Source of the DNA: Methanomassiliicoccaceae archaeon
Lineage (GTDB): Archaea > Thermoplasmatota > Thermoplasmata > Methanomassiliicoccales > Methanomassiliicoccaceae
Length of the DNA stretch: 64,000 bases
NCBI GenBank assembly: GCA_963728405.1
Contig: CAVSJV010000004.1
Span: forward strand, 32,001 to 96,000
Direction of reading: 5' to 3'
Shown here: in pieces, positions 1 to 11,189 of the stretch
How positions within the stretch are numbered: position 1 is the first letter of the stretch
How the letters are laid out: each line of letters starts with the position of its first letter
Made by a program: the position numbers and the translations under genes
Notes under the pieces: generated by a model
Seen by the model: only the letters and a program-made list of their open reading frames with translations
What the model was told of the DNA's origin: nothing
Database searches by the model: none

Positions 1-71
1 CCGGCCCCAACCCCCATTGATCGGGGACCCTGTTTCATTCGCATCGATCCTATTGAGGGATGATGGGCAAC

Positions 72-665
72 CTAGATCTGGCTGACTTCCCCGGCCTTCT
101 GGATGCGCATTGATCCGTCGACCGAATTGAAGACGACGGTCCGGCCCTTGGTACCGCCGACGTCTTCGGCCAGCAAGGGGATGTTCTCCTTCTTGAGCGT
201 CTCCCTTGCCACCTGAGAGTTGCGCAGGCCAATATTCAGCGCATCCGACGAGATGAAGGAGAACATCTGCGCACCTCCGGCCATCTTGGCCCTCAGCGAC
301 GATTTGCTGGCGCCCCGCTCTACAAGCTCGTCGACCATGAGCATAGTGGCCGAATCGGCGTACTTGGAGGCGTTGACCTTGTCCCGACCTTCCTCGTATT
401 TCGGCAGCATAGCATGGATCAGCCCGCCGACATGGGCCTGGAGGTCGTAGATGGCGATGCCCACACAGGAGCCGAGGCCGATGCACATCAACCGCTCGGG
501 GTGATGGATCACCTTATATTCGCCAACGCCGACGACGGCGTCACCGTCTACAATGTGAGGCTTGCAGGCCATGGCATCGTCGACCTTTCGGGCGGGAAAG
601 CTCTTTGCCTGCCCTAGTTGAACGGCGATCATGGGTTCGGCCTTCCGTTCCATCATAACGCTCAC
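72..665 (-). CDS. cheD: Chemoreceptor glutamine deamidase CheD
   Basis: Motifs GLGSCVG, GGLIHAMLP, KYAD, AKMAGGAQMF, IGLRN, EDVGG; last gene of the che cluster in this window. Confidence 0.95.
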   Translation of the reverse strand: MSVMMERKAEPMIAVQLGQAKSFPARKVDDAMACKPHIVDGDAVVGVGEYKVIHHPERLMCIGLGSCVGIAIYDLQAHVGGLIHAMLPKYEEGRDKVNASKYADSATMLMVDELVERGASKSSLRAKMAGGAQMFSFISSDALNIGLRNSQVARETLKKENIPLLAEDVGGTKGRTVVFNSVDGSMRIQKAGEVSQI

Positions 666-1282
666 ATCGAGCTGAACTTCTCTATCAGTACCATCTGGGA
701 CTCGTGGTCAGGGATGTATAGCATGAACCCGAACATTATCTCCTTACCATACACGAAGTGGGTCTTGATGACCACCGATGAATCGGACTCGGCCTCGACC
801 AGCGCGGCGGGGAACTCTAAAATGGCCTGCAGCATGTCGACCGCGACTCCCGGCGGTGATGGGATCGTGGTGATGTTCGTGAACTTGGAGACAGCGTTAA
901 GGTACGCCGAGGCGCAGATGTTGCCGATCTCACAGATGGCGTCCTGGTCCATCTCATCGAACACATGATCGCCGTCATGATCGCGCTCTAGGATCATATC
1001 GGCCAGGTCGACGGCCATCTCCTGGCTCACCACAAGCATTATGCCGCCCTTGCTCTTGCCGATCGCCTCGAGGAACACCGCAACCACGATGTCCTCAGTG
1101 CTGGAGAAGGCCGTAGGCAGGTCCCTGGTACTACATACAAAGCACTCCGATACTTCGACCAGGATGTCCTTGTGCACCAACATGGAAAGGGCGCTGGAAG
1201 CATGGGCGGCGCCTATGCTGCCTATCTCCTTCAGGCCATCCATGATCATCGCTTCTTGTTCTGGAGTTCCTTCTTGCGTCAT
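662..1282 (-). CDS. cheC: CheY-P phosphatase CheC (second copy)
   Basis: Two CheC-type motifs (DGLKEIGSIGAAHAS, DAICEIGNICASAY); ATG at 1282 preceded by GGGGAT; merged with the upstream copy in the ORF track. Confidence 0.85.
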   Translation of the reverse strand: MTQEGTPEQEAMIMDGLKEIGSIGAAHASSALSMLVHKDILVEVSECFVCSTRDLPTAFSSTEDIVVAVFLEAIGKSKGGIMLVVSQEMAVDLADMILERDHDGDHVFDEMDQDAICEIGNICASAYLNAVSKFTNITTIPSPPGVAVDMLQAILEFPAALVEAESDSSVVIKTHFVYGKEIMFGFMLYIPDHESQMVLIEKFSSM

Positions 1283-1296
1283 ATTCGATCCCCTGC

Positions 1297-1960
1297 TTAA
1301 AGTCCGAACTTGGAGAAAGCGGCGGCCTGCGATTCTGTGTCGACCCCGAACCTCTTGAACTGTTAGTTGCTGGGTAGAGGGGTCGGGAGCGTAGATGATG
1401 GCGCCCTGGAACCTCTGATTGCTATCGATGAAGTTCGTCTCGATCCTCACCACATTGCTGTCGTGGATGTGTCGGAGCACCTCGGGGAACTTGAGCCGGT
1501 CCTCCAGTTTGTCCACCGAAACGACGGGGGAGTTGGGGATCAGATCGATCGATAGGAATTTTGATAGGGGGACGAGGTAACGACGGATGCAGATGTCGCC
1601 CATCTCCACCATCACTTCCTGATCCTCCTCGTTCATGGGACGAGACGGGTCGTGCTCATGCCCCAGCAGCAGGTCCGATAGATAGATGGCGATCTTCTCC
1701 GGGAATATCATGTAGATGCAGCTACCACTGTCACCGACCTCGATCTTGACCGTGGCCAACAGCTCCCCAAGTTCGCCGAAGCGATTGGGTAGGGAGTCCA
1801 TCGGCAGCACCCGGCATTCTGTCACGTCGATGAGGATGTCGGTCTTCACCAGCTCACTGAGCGCGGTCGAGGCGTGGGAAGCGCCCACATTGCCCAGTTC
1901 CCTCAGGGCGTCCATTTGCAGTTCATCTATCTCGGTGTCATTGCCTTCTTCTGTGATCAT
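1297..1960 (-). CDS. cheC: CheY-P phosphatase CheC (first copy); apparent +1 frameshift near 1362
   Basis: DALRELGNVGASHASTALS motif; an alternative frame after ~1362 reads FKRFGVDTESQAAAFSKFGL* ending at TAA 1297-1299; the span is 3n+1. Confidence 0.8.
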
Positions 1961-3930
1961 ATGAAAGCCCCCACGTCCAGGATCATCGCTACCTTACCGT
2001 CTCCCAATATCGTCGCCCCGGAGAAGTAACCAGTCTGCCTCAGATCCTTCCCCAGGTTCTTGACTACTATCTCCTGCTGTCCGATAAGCCGGGACACGAT
2101 GAGGCAGGCCCGGTGGTCGTTCTTCTCCACGATGATCGCCGGCATCTCCCGGGTCATCTGTTCCGCCAGCCCACCGAACTCGCAATGGATGTTCAGGATG
2201 GGCAGCACCTCGTTGCGAAGCTTGAACACGCCCCGGTCGGCGATTTCGTGAATCGCGGACATCGGCACCCTGACCGTCTCCCGGACGTTCTCCAAGGGTA
2301 TGGCGTACTTCTCCGAGTTCACTTCTACCAGCATCGCCCGTATTATGGACATGCTCGGCGGCAGTTTTAAAGTGATCTTGCTGCTCTTGCCGAACTCGGT
2401 GTCCAGGCGTACGAACCCGCCCAGGCTCTCGATCTTGGTCTTCACCACGTCCATGCCCACGCCCCGACCGGAGAGGTCGCTGACCCTATCGGCGGTGCTG
2501 AACCCCGGCAGGAAGACGAACTGCAGCTTGCTGCGGTCGTCCATCCTCTCTGCTTCTTCAGCAGTGATGAGGCCTTTCTGAATCGCTTTCGCGGTGATCT
2601 TCTTGATGTCCATCCCCTTACCGTCGTCCTCTACCGTTATGACGACGTTACCCTGCTCTTGGAAAGCCGAGAGGATGATCGTTCCCTGGGATTTCTTGCC
2701 CTTGGCCACCCGGTCCTCCTTCTGCTCGATGCCATGGTCGGCAGCGTTGCGCAATAGGTGGACCAGTGCGTCCCCGATCTCGTCCAGCAGGCTGCGGTCG
2801 ATCTCGATGTCGTTGCCGCGCATGACGAATTCGATCTCCTTGTTGTTCGACTGCGCCATGTCCCGGACGATCCGGGGGAACCGCTTGAAGATGAAATCGA
2901 CCTGCACCATCCGCGTCCTCAACACGACATCCTGCAGTTCGCCCATCAGTCGGGAGTTGTTCTGCAGGGTCTGTTTCAGCTCTCGGTGCTTGAGGTCCAC
3001 CGCGATCTGATTGATGCGGATATTGTTGATCATGATCTCGCCCACCAGGTCCAGCAGCTGGTCCAACAGCTTGCTCTTTACTCGGATGGTGGAGGCCGCG
3101 GTCAGGGAGGAGGAGCCCTTTTCTTCGCTGTTGGCGGCCTCCTCCTTTACTTCGCACTTCTTTTCCGAGGTAGGGCGTTCGCTCGGCGGAACGGGGACAC
3201 CGATAGGTATGACCTCGGCGATGCCGGTGACATCGATGGCTGATCTGATGAGCACCTCATCGGCCTGATCGGTGACAATGAGAACAACGAAGCTGGGGGT
3301 GACGTCGGGCATGTCGTTGACGGCTGGCTGGCAGCCGGCCACGAAGCCCTGGGTGGAAAGGTTCCTGACGACCTGATAGGCGCGGCCTTCCCTGAACTTC
3401 AGGCCTTGGTTGAACGAGATCTTGAGCTGAACTACCCTTTTCCCGTCGGCAACGGCATTGTTGACCTCCGCCGTTTGCTCCGCGGTGAGGGACATCTTTC
3501 CGACCTCGGCGGGGGCTACGACGTTGGCGGTCGAGATTGGAGAGGTGTGGTCCCGGGCGACCTTGATCTTGGCGATGAGGTCCTTGACATCGATGTTGGT
3601 GGTGCCGTCCTTTTCCAGTTCGTTGAGCATCTTCTCGATCTTGTCCACTCCGGCGAACAGCAGCTGGATGATCGAGCGTTCGGGCACTTCTTTACGCTTG
3701 CGGAGGATGTCGAACAGGTCTTCCATGACATGGGCCAGTTCTCCGATGTGATCGATGCCCATGACCCCGGCGGTGCCCTTCACGGTGTGTACGGCCCGGA
3801 AGGCCTCGTTCATCTGTTCCTCATCGAAGCCCCGATCCTCCAGGCTGAGCATCACGCTGTTCACTACCTGAAGGTTCTCTCTGGCCTCTTCGATGAAGAC
3901 GTCCAAATATTTTGATTTGTCCATAATCAC
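1957..3930 (-). CDS. cheA: Chemotaxis histidine kinase CheA
   Basis: Hpt FRAVHTVKG, HLLRNAADHGIE, DDGKG, SGRGVGMDVV, C-terminal CheW domain. Confidence 0.97.
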   Translation of the reverse strand: MIMDKSKYLDVFIEEARENLQVVNSVMLSLEDRGFDEEQMNEAFRAVHTVKGTAGVMGIDHIGELAHVMEDLFDILRKRKEVPERSIIQLLFAGVDKIEKMLNELEKDGTTNIDVKDLIAKIKVARDHTSPISTANVVAPAEVGKMSLTAEQTAEVNNAVADGKRVVQLKISFNQGLKFREGRAYQVVRNLSTQGFVAGCQPAVNDMPDVTPSFVVLIVTDQADEVLIRSAIDVTGIAEVIPIGVPVPPSERPTSEKKCEVKEEAANSEEKGSSSLTAASTIRVKSKLLDQLLDLVGEIMINNIRINQIAVDLKHRELKQTLQNNSRLMGELQDVVLRTRMVQVDFIFKRFPRIVRDMAQSNNKEIEFVMRGNDIEIDRSLLDEIGDALVHLLRNAADHGIEQKEDRVAKGKKSQGTIILSAFQEQGNVVITVEDDGKGMDIKKITAKAIQKGLITAEEAERMDDRSKLQFVFLPGFSTADRVSDLSGRGVGMDVVKTKIESLGGFVRLDTEFGKSSKITLKLPPSMSIIRAMLVEVNSEKYAIPLENVRETVRVPMSAIHEIADRGVFKLRNEVLPILNIHCEFGGLAEQMTREMPAIIVEKNDHRACLIVSRLIGQQEIVVKNLGKDLRQTGYFSGATILGDGKVAMILDVGAFI

Positions 3931-4955
3931 ATCCCCGTGCTTAGCATGACCACGATGTTCTTGGCTATGTCCTCGAGCGGAACGATGCGGTCCGCCGCCC
4001 CGCGGTCCACGACCGCCTTGGGCATTCCATAGACCACGCAGGTCTCCTCGCTCTGGACGATGGTCTTGCCACCATTCTTCTTGATGAGTTCCATTCCTAG
4101 GGCGCCGTCCGAGCCCATGCCGGTCAGGATGACCCCGACCGTACGGGGACCATACATGGGCGCCACGCTGTTCATCAATACGTCCACCGCAGGACGTACG
4201 AAATTGACCTTGGGCCCATCGTCCAGGTGGACCTTGTTGCCCTTCAAGGTCATGTGCCGGTTCCCTGGGGCGATATAGATCTTGCCCTTCTGTATCTCTT
4301 CGCCCTCCTCGGCCTCCTTGACCTCCAGGGAGGAGATCCAGTTCAACCTCTCGGCGAAGGACCTAGTGAAGCCCTCAGGCATGTGCTGGACGACCAATAC
4401 GGGTGCCGGCAGGTTGCCCGGCAATCGGGACAGCACTTCCGGGAGCGATTTAGGTCCGCCGGTCGAGCAGCCTATGAGAACGATCCATTCCCCGCTCAAG
4501 GTCGGGAGGGAGGTGGGCACGATCGACCGGACCGGGGCGCGGACCACGCTCATCTTGGCCTTGGCCGCGGACTTCACCGTGTCTAGGATGGTGCAACTGA
4601 CCCTCTCCAAGTCCAGTGACAGTGAGCCGGAGGTCTTGGGAATGAAATCCACCGCCCCCAGTTCCAGCGCCTTGAACGTGATGTCGGCCTGCCTCTTGTC
4701 CATCGAACTGAGCATGACCACCGGTCGAGGATACTCGGCCATGATGTGCTGGAGCGCAGTAAGGCCGTCCATCACCGGCATCTCGATGTCCATAGTGACG
4801 ACGTCCGGGTTCAGGGTGCGGACCTTCTCTATGGCCTCGGCCCCGTTCCTGGCCGTCCCCACCACCTCGATCTCCTCGTCCTCGGTCAGGAGATCGGTGA
4901 TGATGCGGCGCATGACGATCGAATCGTCCACTACCAGCACCTTGTACTTGATCAA
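3927..4955 (-). CDS. cheB: Chemotaxis response regulator methylesterase CheB
   Basis: Receiver domain (VLVVDDS, MDIEMP) plus esterase motifs GCSTGGP, VQHMP, LTGMGSDG; start placed at TTG 4955 (inferred). Confidence 0.95.
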   Translation of the reverse strand: MIKYKVLVVDDSIVMRRIITDLLTEDEEIEVVGTARNGAEAIEKVRTLNPDVVTMDIEMPVMDGLTALQHIMAEYPRPVVMLSSMDKRQADITFKALELGAVDFIPKTSGSLSLDLERVSCTILDTVKSAAKAKMSVVRAPVRSIVPTSLPTLSGEWIVLIGCSTGGPKSLPEVLSRLPGNLPAPVLVVQHMPEGFTRSFAERLNWISSLEVKEAEEGEEIQKGKIYIAPGNRHMTLKGNKVHLDDGPKVNFVRPAVDVLMNSVAPMYGPRTVGVILTGMGSDGALGMELIKKNGGKTIVQSEETCVVYGMPKAVVDRGAADRIVPLEDIAKNIVVMLSTGM

Positions 4956-4959
4956 CGGC

Positions 4960-5328
4960 TCATCTCGCTGTCTTTCTCGCTGCTTCCAGTAGGTCCTTGT
5001 TCTCGAAGGGCTTGACCAGGAAATCTCTGGCACCGTTGTCCATGGCCTGCATGACCAGATTCTTCTGGTTCAGACCACTGACGATGATGATGCGGGCGTC
5101 CTTGTCCATATCAAGCATCTTCTTCACCACGTCGGTCCCGTGCTCTCCGGGCATGATGATGTCCATCGTCACCAGGTCAGGTAGGAGCTTGGCATACTGT
5201 TCCAACGCTTCCTTTCCGTTCTTGGCCTGCCCGATCACGTCGAACCCGTCCTTGGTCAGGACGTCCTTTATCATTGCCCTCATGACCATGGAGTCATCCA
5301 CGATCAGGACCTTCTTCGGATTGCTCAT
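4960..5328 (-). CDS. cheY: Chemotaxis response regulator CheY
   Basis: Single receiver domain (VDDS, MDIIMP, KPF) between cheW and cheB. Confidence 0.9.
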   Translation of the reverse strand: MSNPKKVLIVDDSMVMRAMIKDVLTKDGFDVIGQAKNGKEALEQYAKLLPDLVTMDIIMPGEHGTDVVKKMLDMDKDARIIIVSGLNQKNLVMQAMDNGARDFLVKPFENKDLLEAARKTAR

Positions 5329-5864
5329 TTTGACACCTCAATTGATTCTCTTTCCTGTACCGTTCTTTGAGCTGCATCGTTGATCCCGAGCCTGGCCTTG
5401 TCCCCTTCGGACATGATCCTCTCCAGGTCGAGCATCATCACCAGCTTGTCCCCCAGCGTGCAGATCCCGGTCAGCGCCGTTGCTTCGGCCCCTGTGCTCA
5501 GGGTCTTCGGCGGGGCCGATATGCTCGTCCGGGAGATACGCATCACATCCTCCACCGCGTCGACGATGATGCCGAGCTGGTTATCTCCTATCTCGGCGAC
5601 GATGATGCGCGATTGCGTCGTCCGCCCTTCGCCATTGGAGATGCCGAAGCGTTTCTTGAGGTCGATGACCGTGGTGATCTGGCCACGGAGGTTCATCACT
5701 CCCTCGATGTACTCTGGCATCTTCGGTATCTTGGTGATGTCCTGGACCTTGCCGATCTCGCGGACCTGGGATACCTTCACGGCAAATGTCTCCCTGCCTA
5801 GGCGGAAGGAGACGATCTGTTCCTCGTCCCCGGATATCTCGACCTTTTCTCTCTTTTTGCGCAT
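5325..5864 (-). CDS. cheW: Chemotaxis coupling protein CheW
   Basis: VREI, GVMNLRGQITTVIDL, GIIVDAVEDV motifs. Confidence 0.95.
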   Translation of the reverse strand: MRKKREKVEISGDEEQIVSFRLGRETFAVKVSQVREIGKVQDITKIPKMPEYIEGVMNLRGQITTVIDLKKRFGISNGEGRTTQSRIIVAEIGDNQLGIIVDAVEDVMRISRTSISAPPKTLSTGAEATALTGICTLGDKLVMMLDLERIMSEGDKARLGINDAAQRTVQERESIEVSK

Positions 5865-5878
5865 CGTTCCACCATACT

Positions 5879-8800
5879 TCAGTTGGTCTCGATTCCTCTC
5901 TTGGCCAGTGCTTCCTTGACCTTAGAGGGGACCTTGGCCTTCTCCTCCCTGATCAGCGGCTTCTTCCTCTCGATCTTTCGAGGCGGGGCCTGGTGCTTGA
6001 GGGGTTCGTTGAACTCCTCTTCCTGCTCCTCACTGACCTTGAACTGGCCGGCGACCTTCTTCAGGTTGATGGCCATCTCCGAAAGCGATTGGGCTCGCGC
6101 GGTCATGTCCTCCATCGAGGCCGTGAGCTCCTCGGTCGAGGAGGCCGACTCCTCCGATGCGGAGGCGGTCTCCTCGGCAATGGACGCTATGCCGTCGACG
6201 GACTTGGCGGCCCTCTGGGTACCATCCTTCTGGGAATCCATGAGCTGGGCGATGGCCGACATTTGCGTGGAGGATTGCAGTGCTGCATCCATGATGTCCT
6301 GGAACGCCTTCCCGGTCTCGTCGACGATCTCGATGCCCTCGGCCGCGGTCTTGGTACCACGTTGCATCGCCTCGACGGCCTTGTTCGTCTCCTGCTGAAC
6401 TTCCTTGATCATCTTGGCGATGCGCTCGGCCGCTTCCCTCGAGTCCTCGGCGAGGTTCTTGACCTCTTCCGCCACTACGGCGAACCCGCGTCCCTGCTCT
6501 CCGGCCCTGGCCGCTTCGATGGCAGCATTAAGCGCCAGCAGGTTCGTCTGGTCAGAGATGCCAGTGATGACGCCGACGATCTCGCCGATCTCCTCCGAGC
6601 GCTTGCCCAGTATCTCGATGACCTTGGCCGACTCATCGACGACCTTGGAGATCTCCTTCATCTTCTTGACCGTATTATCGACCGAGACCTTGCCCCTGTT
6701 GGCGCTTTCCGCGCCCTTCTTGGCCGCCTCAGTGGTGGCCGTGGTCTTGTCCACGACCTGGATGACCGCGGTCGAGATATCCGCCATGATCCTGGCGGTC
6801 TCTTCGACCTGCGCCGCTTGGCTCTGCGCGCCCTTGCTGATCTGCTGTATTGCCGCCGACACCTGCTCGGTGGAGGCGTTCATCTCCTCGGCCGAGGAAG
6901 CGAGCTCCTGTGAGGTGGAGGAGACCATGTCGATCGATTCATTGACCTTGACAATGAGCTCCCGGAACTCCGCCTTCAGATGGTCGATCCCCGAGTACAG
7001 GTTCTCGAACGCGGTGTAAGCTTCCTTGGTGTCCTCATCGCCTTCGTTCAGTTCGATGGAGGCCAGCAGGTCGCCGGACGCGATCTGTTCTAGCACCGAG
7101 GTGATCTGCTCGACCGTCTCGGCCTGGAAGACGTTTACCTTCTCGGCCCTACGGACCGCCGACTTGACCGCAGTCTGGTCAGTGACGAACTCGAATGCTC
7201 CGATGACCTTGCCCTCATCATCATGAAGAGGGGCACCGGCGCAGAAGATATCCAGCTGGTGACCGTTCTTCATCAGGTCGTTCTCGCAGGTGACCAGAAC
7301 ATCATTCTTCATTGCCCCGACACAGGGGCATTCCTCAGTGTGGCACTTGGAGGTTTTCCACATGCTCGCACAGGTAACGCCCCTTAGTTCGACCTTGTTC
7401 TTGCCGAGGGCCTTTGCACCCTGCTTGTTTATGTACTGAATCCTGAGGTCCTTGTCCATGAACATGATCGGCGTGGGTATGGCCTCGAAATTGCCTACGA
7501 TGCTGTCCAGGGTCTTGTTCACACCATCCACGATGGCCTTGAATTTGCCACCATGGCGAGAGACCTCAGCCCTAGTGTCGAGCTGGCCGTTCATGGCCGA
7601 TCTGGCCAGGAAATCGGCGTCCGTGACCAGTGCATTGATCGAATCGATGCACTGGTTCAGGTTGTCCTTGATGTTGTTGAAGTCACCCTTGTATTCCTTG
7701 TTGATCTTGGCCGGTATATCTCCCTTGGAGATCTTTTCCATGTAGGCGGCGGCCACCTTCAGCGGCCCTATGACCGCGTCAAGTGTGTCGTTAACGCCCT
7801 GAATAACCTTCTGATACTCGCCCTGGTGCTTCGACGCGTCCGCCCTGGTGGACAGTGTTCCTTCCACCGCAGCCTTGCTCAAGTCATTGGTGTCAACGAC
7901 CAGGCTGTTGATCGCCTCCTTGGCCTTGATCATGTTGTCCATGATCTTTTGGAAATTGTCCTTGTTGTCAGTAGTGTACCGATCGGCCTCCGCCACTTTG
8001 GTGTCCAGGTTCATGTCGCCCACAGCGATCAGCTGGAGGTTACGGGCCAGGCGTTCAACCTCGGCTTCGTCGTACTTTGCCTTACGAGTGGTTGCGGTTA
8101 TGTCCTGCAATACTTCGACATGGCCGATGGATTCACCTTTGGCGTTCTTGATGTATTGAACGTCGACCTGCAGCGCCTTCCCGTCACGGTCGGAAATGGT
8201 ACGCCCCTCGCCGTTGCGTAGCCTGACGATGCCACAGTTCTTGGTGCGGCAGATGGGGCCCTTCCATTCGTGGCACTGCTTGCCCAGCAGGTCGCCCTTC
8301 TTGACCTTTAATATCTCAAGGGAGGGCTTGTTCAGGAAGGTCATGTTCATATCCATGTCCGTTACCGACACGGGGAATGGAACGGCGTCCAGGATCTGCT
8401 CGTACCAGAACATCTTGTCGACCACAAGGTCGAGGGTCTTGTTCACACCGGAGATGACCTCCCTGAAGTCGCCCTGGTGTCTGGAGGCATCGGCCCTCTT
8501 GGAGAACTCGCCACGGTTAGCGGCATCGGCGAGCTCCCCGGCATCACTTACCAGGTTGCGAATGGAATCGATGCAGGTGTTGATGTTGATCTTTATCAGG
8601 TTCATGTCGCCCTTGAAGTCCGCCTCGATCTTGTGAGATAGGTCCCCCTTGGCGATCATCTCGACGCTCATCGCTGTGATCGTCATGGGATTGATGACCG
8701 ATTCCAGGGCATCGTTGAAGCCCATGATGATGGTCTTGTAGTTCCCGTCGAAGCTACCTACCTCGGCGCGGGCCTTCAGGTTCCCGGCCAGGGTCTCGCC

Positions 8801-9544
8801 CACGATACGATGGACCTCTTTGGTGATCTCAACTTCCTTTGAGATGTCGAGTATGAACTCAACTGCTCCGACTATGGTGCCCTTAGAGTCCTTCAGAGGA
8901 CCGACCATGCCTCGGACGGGCTTGTCGCCACCGGGAAGGTGGGCCACGGCATCGCCGATGAAGGTGCGGTCCTCGGCCATCGCCTTCCGGGTCGCGCAAT
9001 TGCCGCCCTTGCAATGATCGGTGTGCATGAACTCATGACAGGGTTTGCCCAATACCTGGTCCAGGCTCTTTCCGACCATTTCCAGGGCGTGGGCGTTCAT
9101 GAATATGACCTTGAGGTCTTTGTCCATGACCATAACCGGAGTGGGCAGACTGTTCAGATAATCGAATGCTGCTCCTCCCTCCCCGTCAGAAGCCTTCAGG
9201 AAACCCATGCTTCCGTAGGACTTACCATCCTTGCCCAACAGTGGTCGAGCGGAGATCTGGCAGACCTTCTCATGGTCCTCGTTATCCTTGAACTTGACAT
9301 CTATGCCATCAACGGACCTACCAGAGGTCATGCCGTCGAAGATCGGGCAGCCCTTCTTACCGATGGCGCCGTTGAAAACGTCTCGGACCCTCATCCCAAC
9401 GGCCTCATTGACAGGCACCCCGGTCAGTTCCTCAGCGGCCTTGTTAAAGAACACGATCTTCCAGTTCTCATCAGCAGCATAGGCGGCCAAGGGCATTGCA
9501 GCGATCATCTGTTCTATCATGGAGCAATCATCTTTCGGGTTCAT
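5879..9544 (-). CDS. Soluble methyl-accepting chemotaxis protein with about four PAS-like domains and poly-HAMP linkers
   Basis: C-terminal signalling domain ([30 protein letters not shown]); repeated PAS-like and HAMP-like segments; no obvious transmembrane helix. Confidence 0.92.
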   Translation of the reverse strand: MNPKDDCSMIEQMIAAMPLAAYAADENWKIVFFNKAAEELTGVPVNEAVGMRVRDVFNGAIGKKGCPIFDGMTSGRSVDGIDVKFKDNEDHEKVCQISARPLLGKDGKSYGSMGFLKASDGEGGAAFDYLNSLPTPVMVMDKDLKVIFMNAHALEMVGKSLDQVLGKPCHEFMHTDHCKGGNCATRKAMAEDRTFIGDAVAHLPGGDKPVRGMVGPLKDSKGTIVGAVEFILDISKEVEITKEVHRIVGETLAGNLKARAEVGSFDGNYKTIIMGFNDALESVINPMTITAMSVEMIAKGDLSHKIEADFKGDMNLIKININTCIDSIRNLVSDAGELADAANRGEFSKRADASRHQGDFREVISGVNKTLDLVVDKMFWYEQILDAVPFPVSVTDMDMNMTFLNKPSLEILKVKKGDLLGKQCHEWKGPICRTKNCGIVRLRNGEGRTISDRDGKALQVDVQYIKNAKGESIGHVEVLQDITATTRKAKYDEAEVERLARNLQLIAVGDMNLDTKVAEADRYTTDNKDNFQKIMDNMIKAKEAINSLVVDTNDLSKAAVEGTLSTRADASKHQGEYQKVIQGVNDTLDAVIGPLKVAAAYMEKISKGDIPAKINKEYKGDFNNIKDNLNQCIDSINALVTDADFLARSAMNGQLDTRAEVSRHGGKFKAIVDGVNKTLDSIVGNFEAIPTPIMFMDKDLRIQYINKQGAKALGKNKVELRGVTCASMWKTSKCHTEECPCVGAMKNDVLVTCENDLMKNGHQLDIFCAGAPLHDDEGKVIGAFEFVTDQTAVKSAVRRAEKVNVFQAETVEQITSVLEQIASGDLLASIELNEGDEDTKEAYTAFENLYSGIDHLKAEFRELIVKVNESIDMVSSTSQELASSAEEMNASTEQVSAAIQQISKGAQSQAAQVEETARIMADISTAVIQVVDKTTATTEAAKKGAESANRGKVSVDNTVKKMKEISKVVDESAKVIEILGKRSEEIGEIVGVITGISDQTNLLALNAAIEAARAGEQGRGFAVVAEEVKNLAEDSREAAERIAKMIKEVQQETNKAVEAMQRGTKTAAEGIEIVDETGKAFQDIMDAALQSSTQMSAIAQLMDSQKDGTQRAAKSVDGIASIAEETASASEESASSTEELTASMEDMTARAQSLSEMAINLKKVAGQFKVSEEQEEEFNEPLKHQAPPRKIERKKPLIREEKAKVPSKVKEALAKRGIETN

Positions 9545-9759
9545 CAGTTCACTTCCAGGTTATGCCAGTACTCTGAACTAGAGTCCTAATAATATAGAAA
9601 AGGAAAAATTATAGAGTATATATGTATTGAGAACTTGTTATCGATAGTGATTGCTAGAGAATGTAATCAAAAAAGCGATGCTGGCTAAGGGCTGTTTTAC
9701 TCGAACAAACATTCAGTAGAATAGATTTATATTCGACCCTCCTCAATGTTCCCGAGCCC

Positions 9760-10593
9760 ATGGCCACAGAGAAGGTGTGCACCGATAGGGACTTCATATC
9801 CCTCAAGAAAGTGATCTACCGGAAGACAGCACTGGACTGCGACCAGTACAAGGATCCCTATCTTCAACGCCGGTTCGGGGTGAGGATGAGAGCGCGAGGG
9901 GTCGCGTGCTATTCGGATTACATAACCCTATTGAACACCGATCCTACAGAGTGCGATGACATGATGAGGGATATCACCATCAATGTCACTCAGTTCTTCA
10001 GGGATATCCTGGTCTTCAAGGCCCTGGAAGAGGAGATCTTTCCCCTGCTCATCTACAGCAAGATAACCCATGAAGATCCGGTCCTCAAGGTTTGGAGCGC
10101 GGGATGTTCGAGCGGCGAGGAGCCTTATACCCTGGCCATCATCCTCAAGGAACTGCTGGGAGAGGAGTATGATAAATTCTCAGTATCCATCATCGGCTCG
10201 GACATCGACGACGAGAGCCTCCATTCGGCCCAAGAGGGCCGATATCTTCCCCGCCAGGTGGTCAACGTCCCCAAGGCCTACCTCCAGAAGTATTTCACCC
10301 TCGAAGGGGAGCATTATCAGTTGTCCCCGGAGATCATGCAGATGGTAGAGTTCCGCAACCTGGACCTGTTCTCCGCCACCGCTGGCTCGAACTTTGATAC
10401 CATCCTTTGCCGCAATGTGGTCATCTACTTCACCAAGGACATGCAGGAGCGCCTGTACATGAAGTTCTACCGTGCCTTGAACGAGGGCGGCTACTTCATC
10501 ATGGGTAGCACCGAGACCCTGGTGGGCGAGGCGACCAAGGCATTGACATCGGTCAAGACCCGCGAGAGGGTCTACCAGAAAAAATCGGGCTGA
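9760..10593 (+). CDS. cheR: Chemotaxis methyltransferase CheR
   Basis: TINVTQFFRD, WSAGCSSGEEPY, ILCRNVVIYF; divergent from the MCP. Confidence 0.96.
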   Translation: MATEKVCTDRDFISLKKVIYRKTALDCDQYKDPYLQRRFGVRMRARGVACYSDYITLLNTDPTECDDMMRDITINVTQFFRDILVFKALEEEIFPLLIYSKITHEDPVLKVWSAGCSSGEEPYTLAIILKELLGEEYDKFSVSIIGSDIDDESLHSAQEGRYLPRQVVNVPKAYLQKYFTLEGEHYQLSPEIMQMVEFRNLDLFSATAGSNFDTILCRNVVIYFTKDMQERLYMKFYRALNEGGYFIMGSTETLVGEATKALTSVKTRERVYQKKSG

Positions 10594-10782
10594 CCTTACA
10601 AAACCCGATCCGCCCTTCCATCCCAGGGAGCCTAAATCACTCGGAGAAACACTAGATCCTGTTTCTCCCAGGTCCAACCTATTGGATGAACACTGGGCCC
10701 CGACCATACTTGCTTCTGTTGTCGATCATTCTTGAACGGGCGAGGCACAATATTTTTACTTAAACAAAAGTGTTATAGATAC

Positions 10783-10797
10783 TAGTAATCATTACCA
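10783..10797. promoter_or_regulatory. Putative Fur/Zur-type operator (TAGTAAT-C-ATTACCA)
   Basis: Perfect GTAAT-N-ATTAC inverted repeat at 10785-10795, just downstream of an AT-rich TATA-like tract and just upstream of the Fur-family start. Confidence 0.55.
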
Positions 10798-10802
10798 TTA
10801 AT

Positions 10803-11189
10803 GTGGCGGCAAACATCCAAAGGTGGACCAAACAGGTGAAAACGATAATCGACATCGTTTACAACAGCAACATCCACCTGACCGCTGATGAGATCTATAC
10901 AGAGGCGCGCAAGACAATACACAATATTAGTCTGGGGACGGTCTACAGGAATCTGAACAGATTAAAGGCTCAAGGAATCGTCTCAGAGGTTCCAAAGGGG
11001 ACGCTTAATACTTTCTCAAAACATCCAGATACCAACGCCCATTTTGAATGCGAGGTATGCCATCGCCTTTACTGCTTGCCTTTCGACATGAGTGTGTTCG
11101 ATCTTTCGAAAAAAAGCGGTTTCCAGGTCAAAAGGTACTCATTGACCATGAGCGGGGTCTGCAAGGAGTGTGAAGAGAAATGCACATAA
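10803..11189 (+). CDS. Fur-family metalloregulator
   Basis: HLTADEIY, ISLGTVYRNL, HFECEVC and C-terminal CKEC motifs. Confidence 0.88.
   Translation: MAANIQRWTKQVKTIIDIVYNSNIHLTADEIYTEARKTIHNISLGTVYRNLNRLKAQGIVSEVPKGTLNTFSKHPDTNAHFECEVCHRLYCLPFDMSVFDLSKKSGFQVKRYSLTMSGVCKECEEKCT

Noticed and set aside
662-1960. Apparent 432-aa CheC-CheC fusion in the ORF track
   Set aside because: The linker is not protein-like; removing one base near 1362 gives a normal C-terminus and stop at 1297 and a separate ATG at 1282, so it is most likely two genes joined by an indel error.
220-9589. Long plus-strand ORFs antisense to the che genes (e.g. 5786-6913) and similar shadows elsewhere
   Set aside because: Expected shadow ORFs opposite GC-rich coding sequence; no recognisable motifs.
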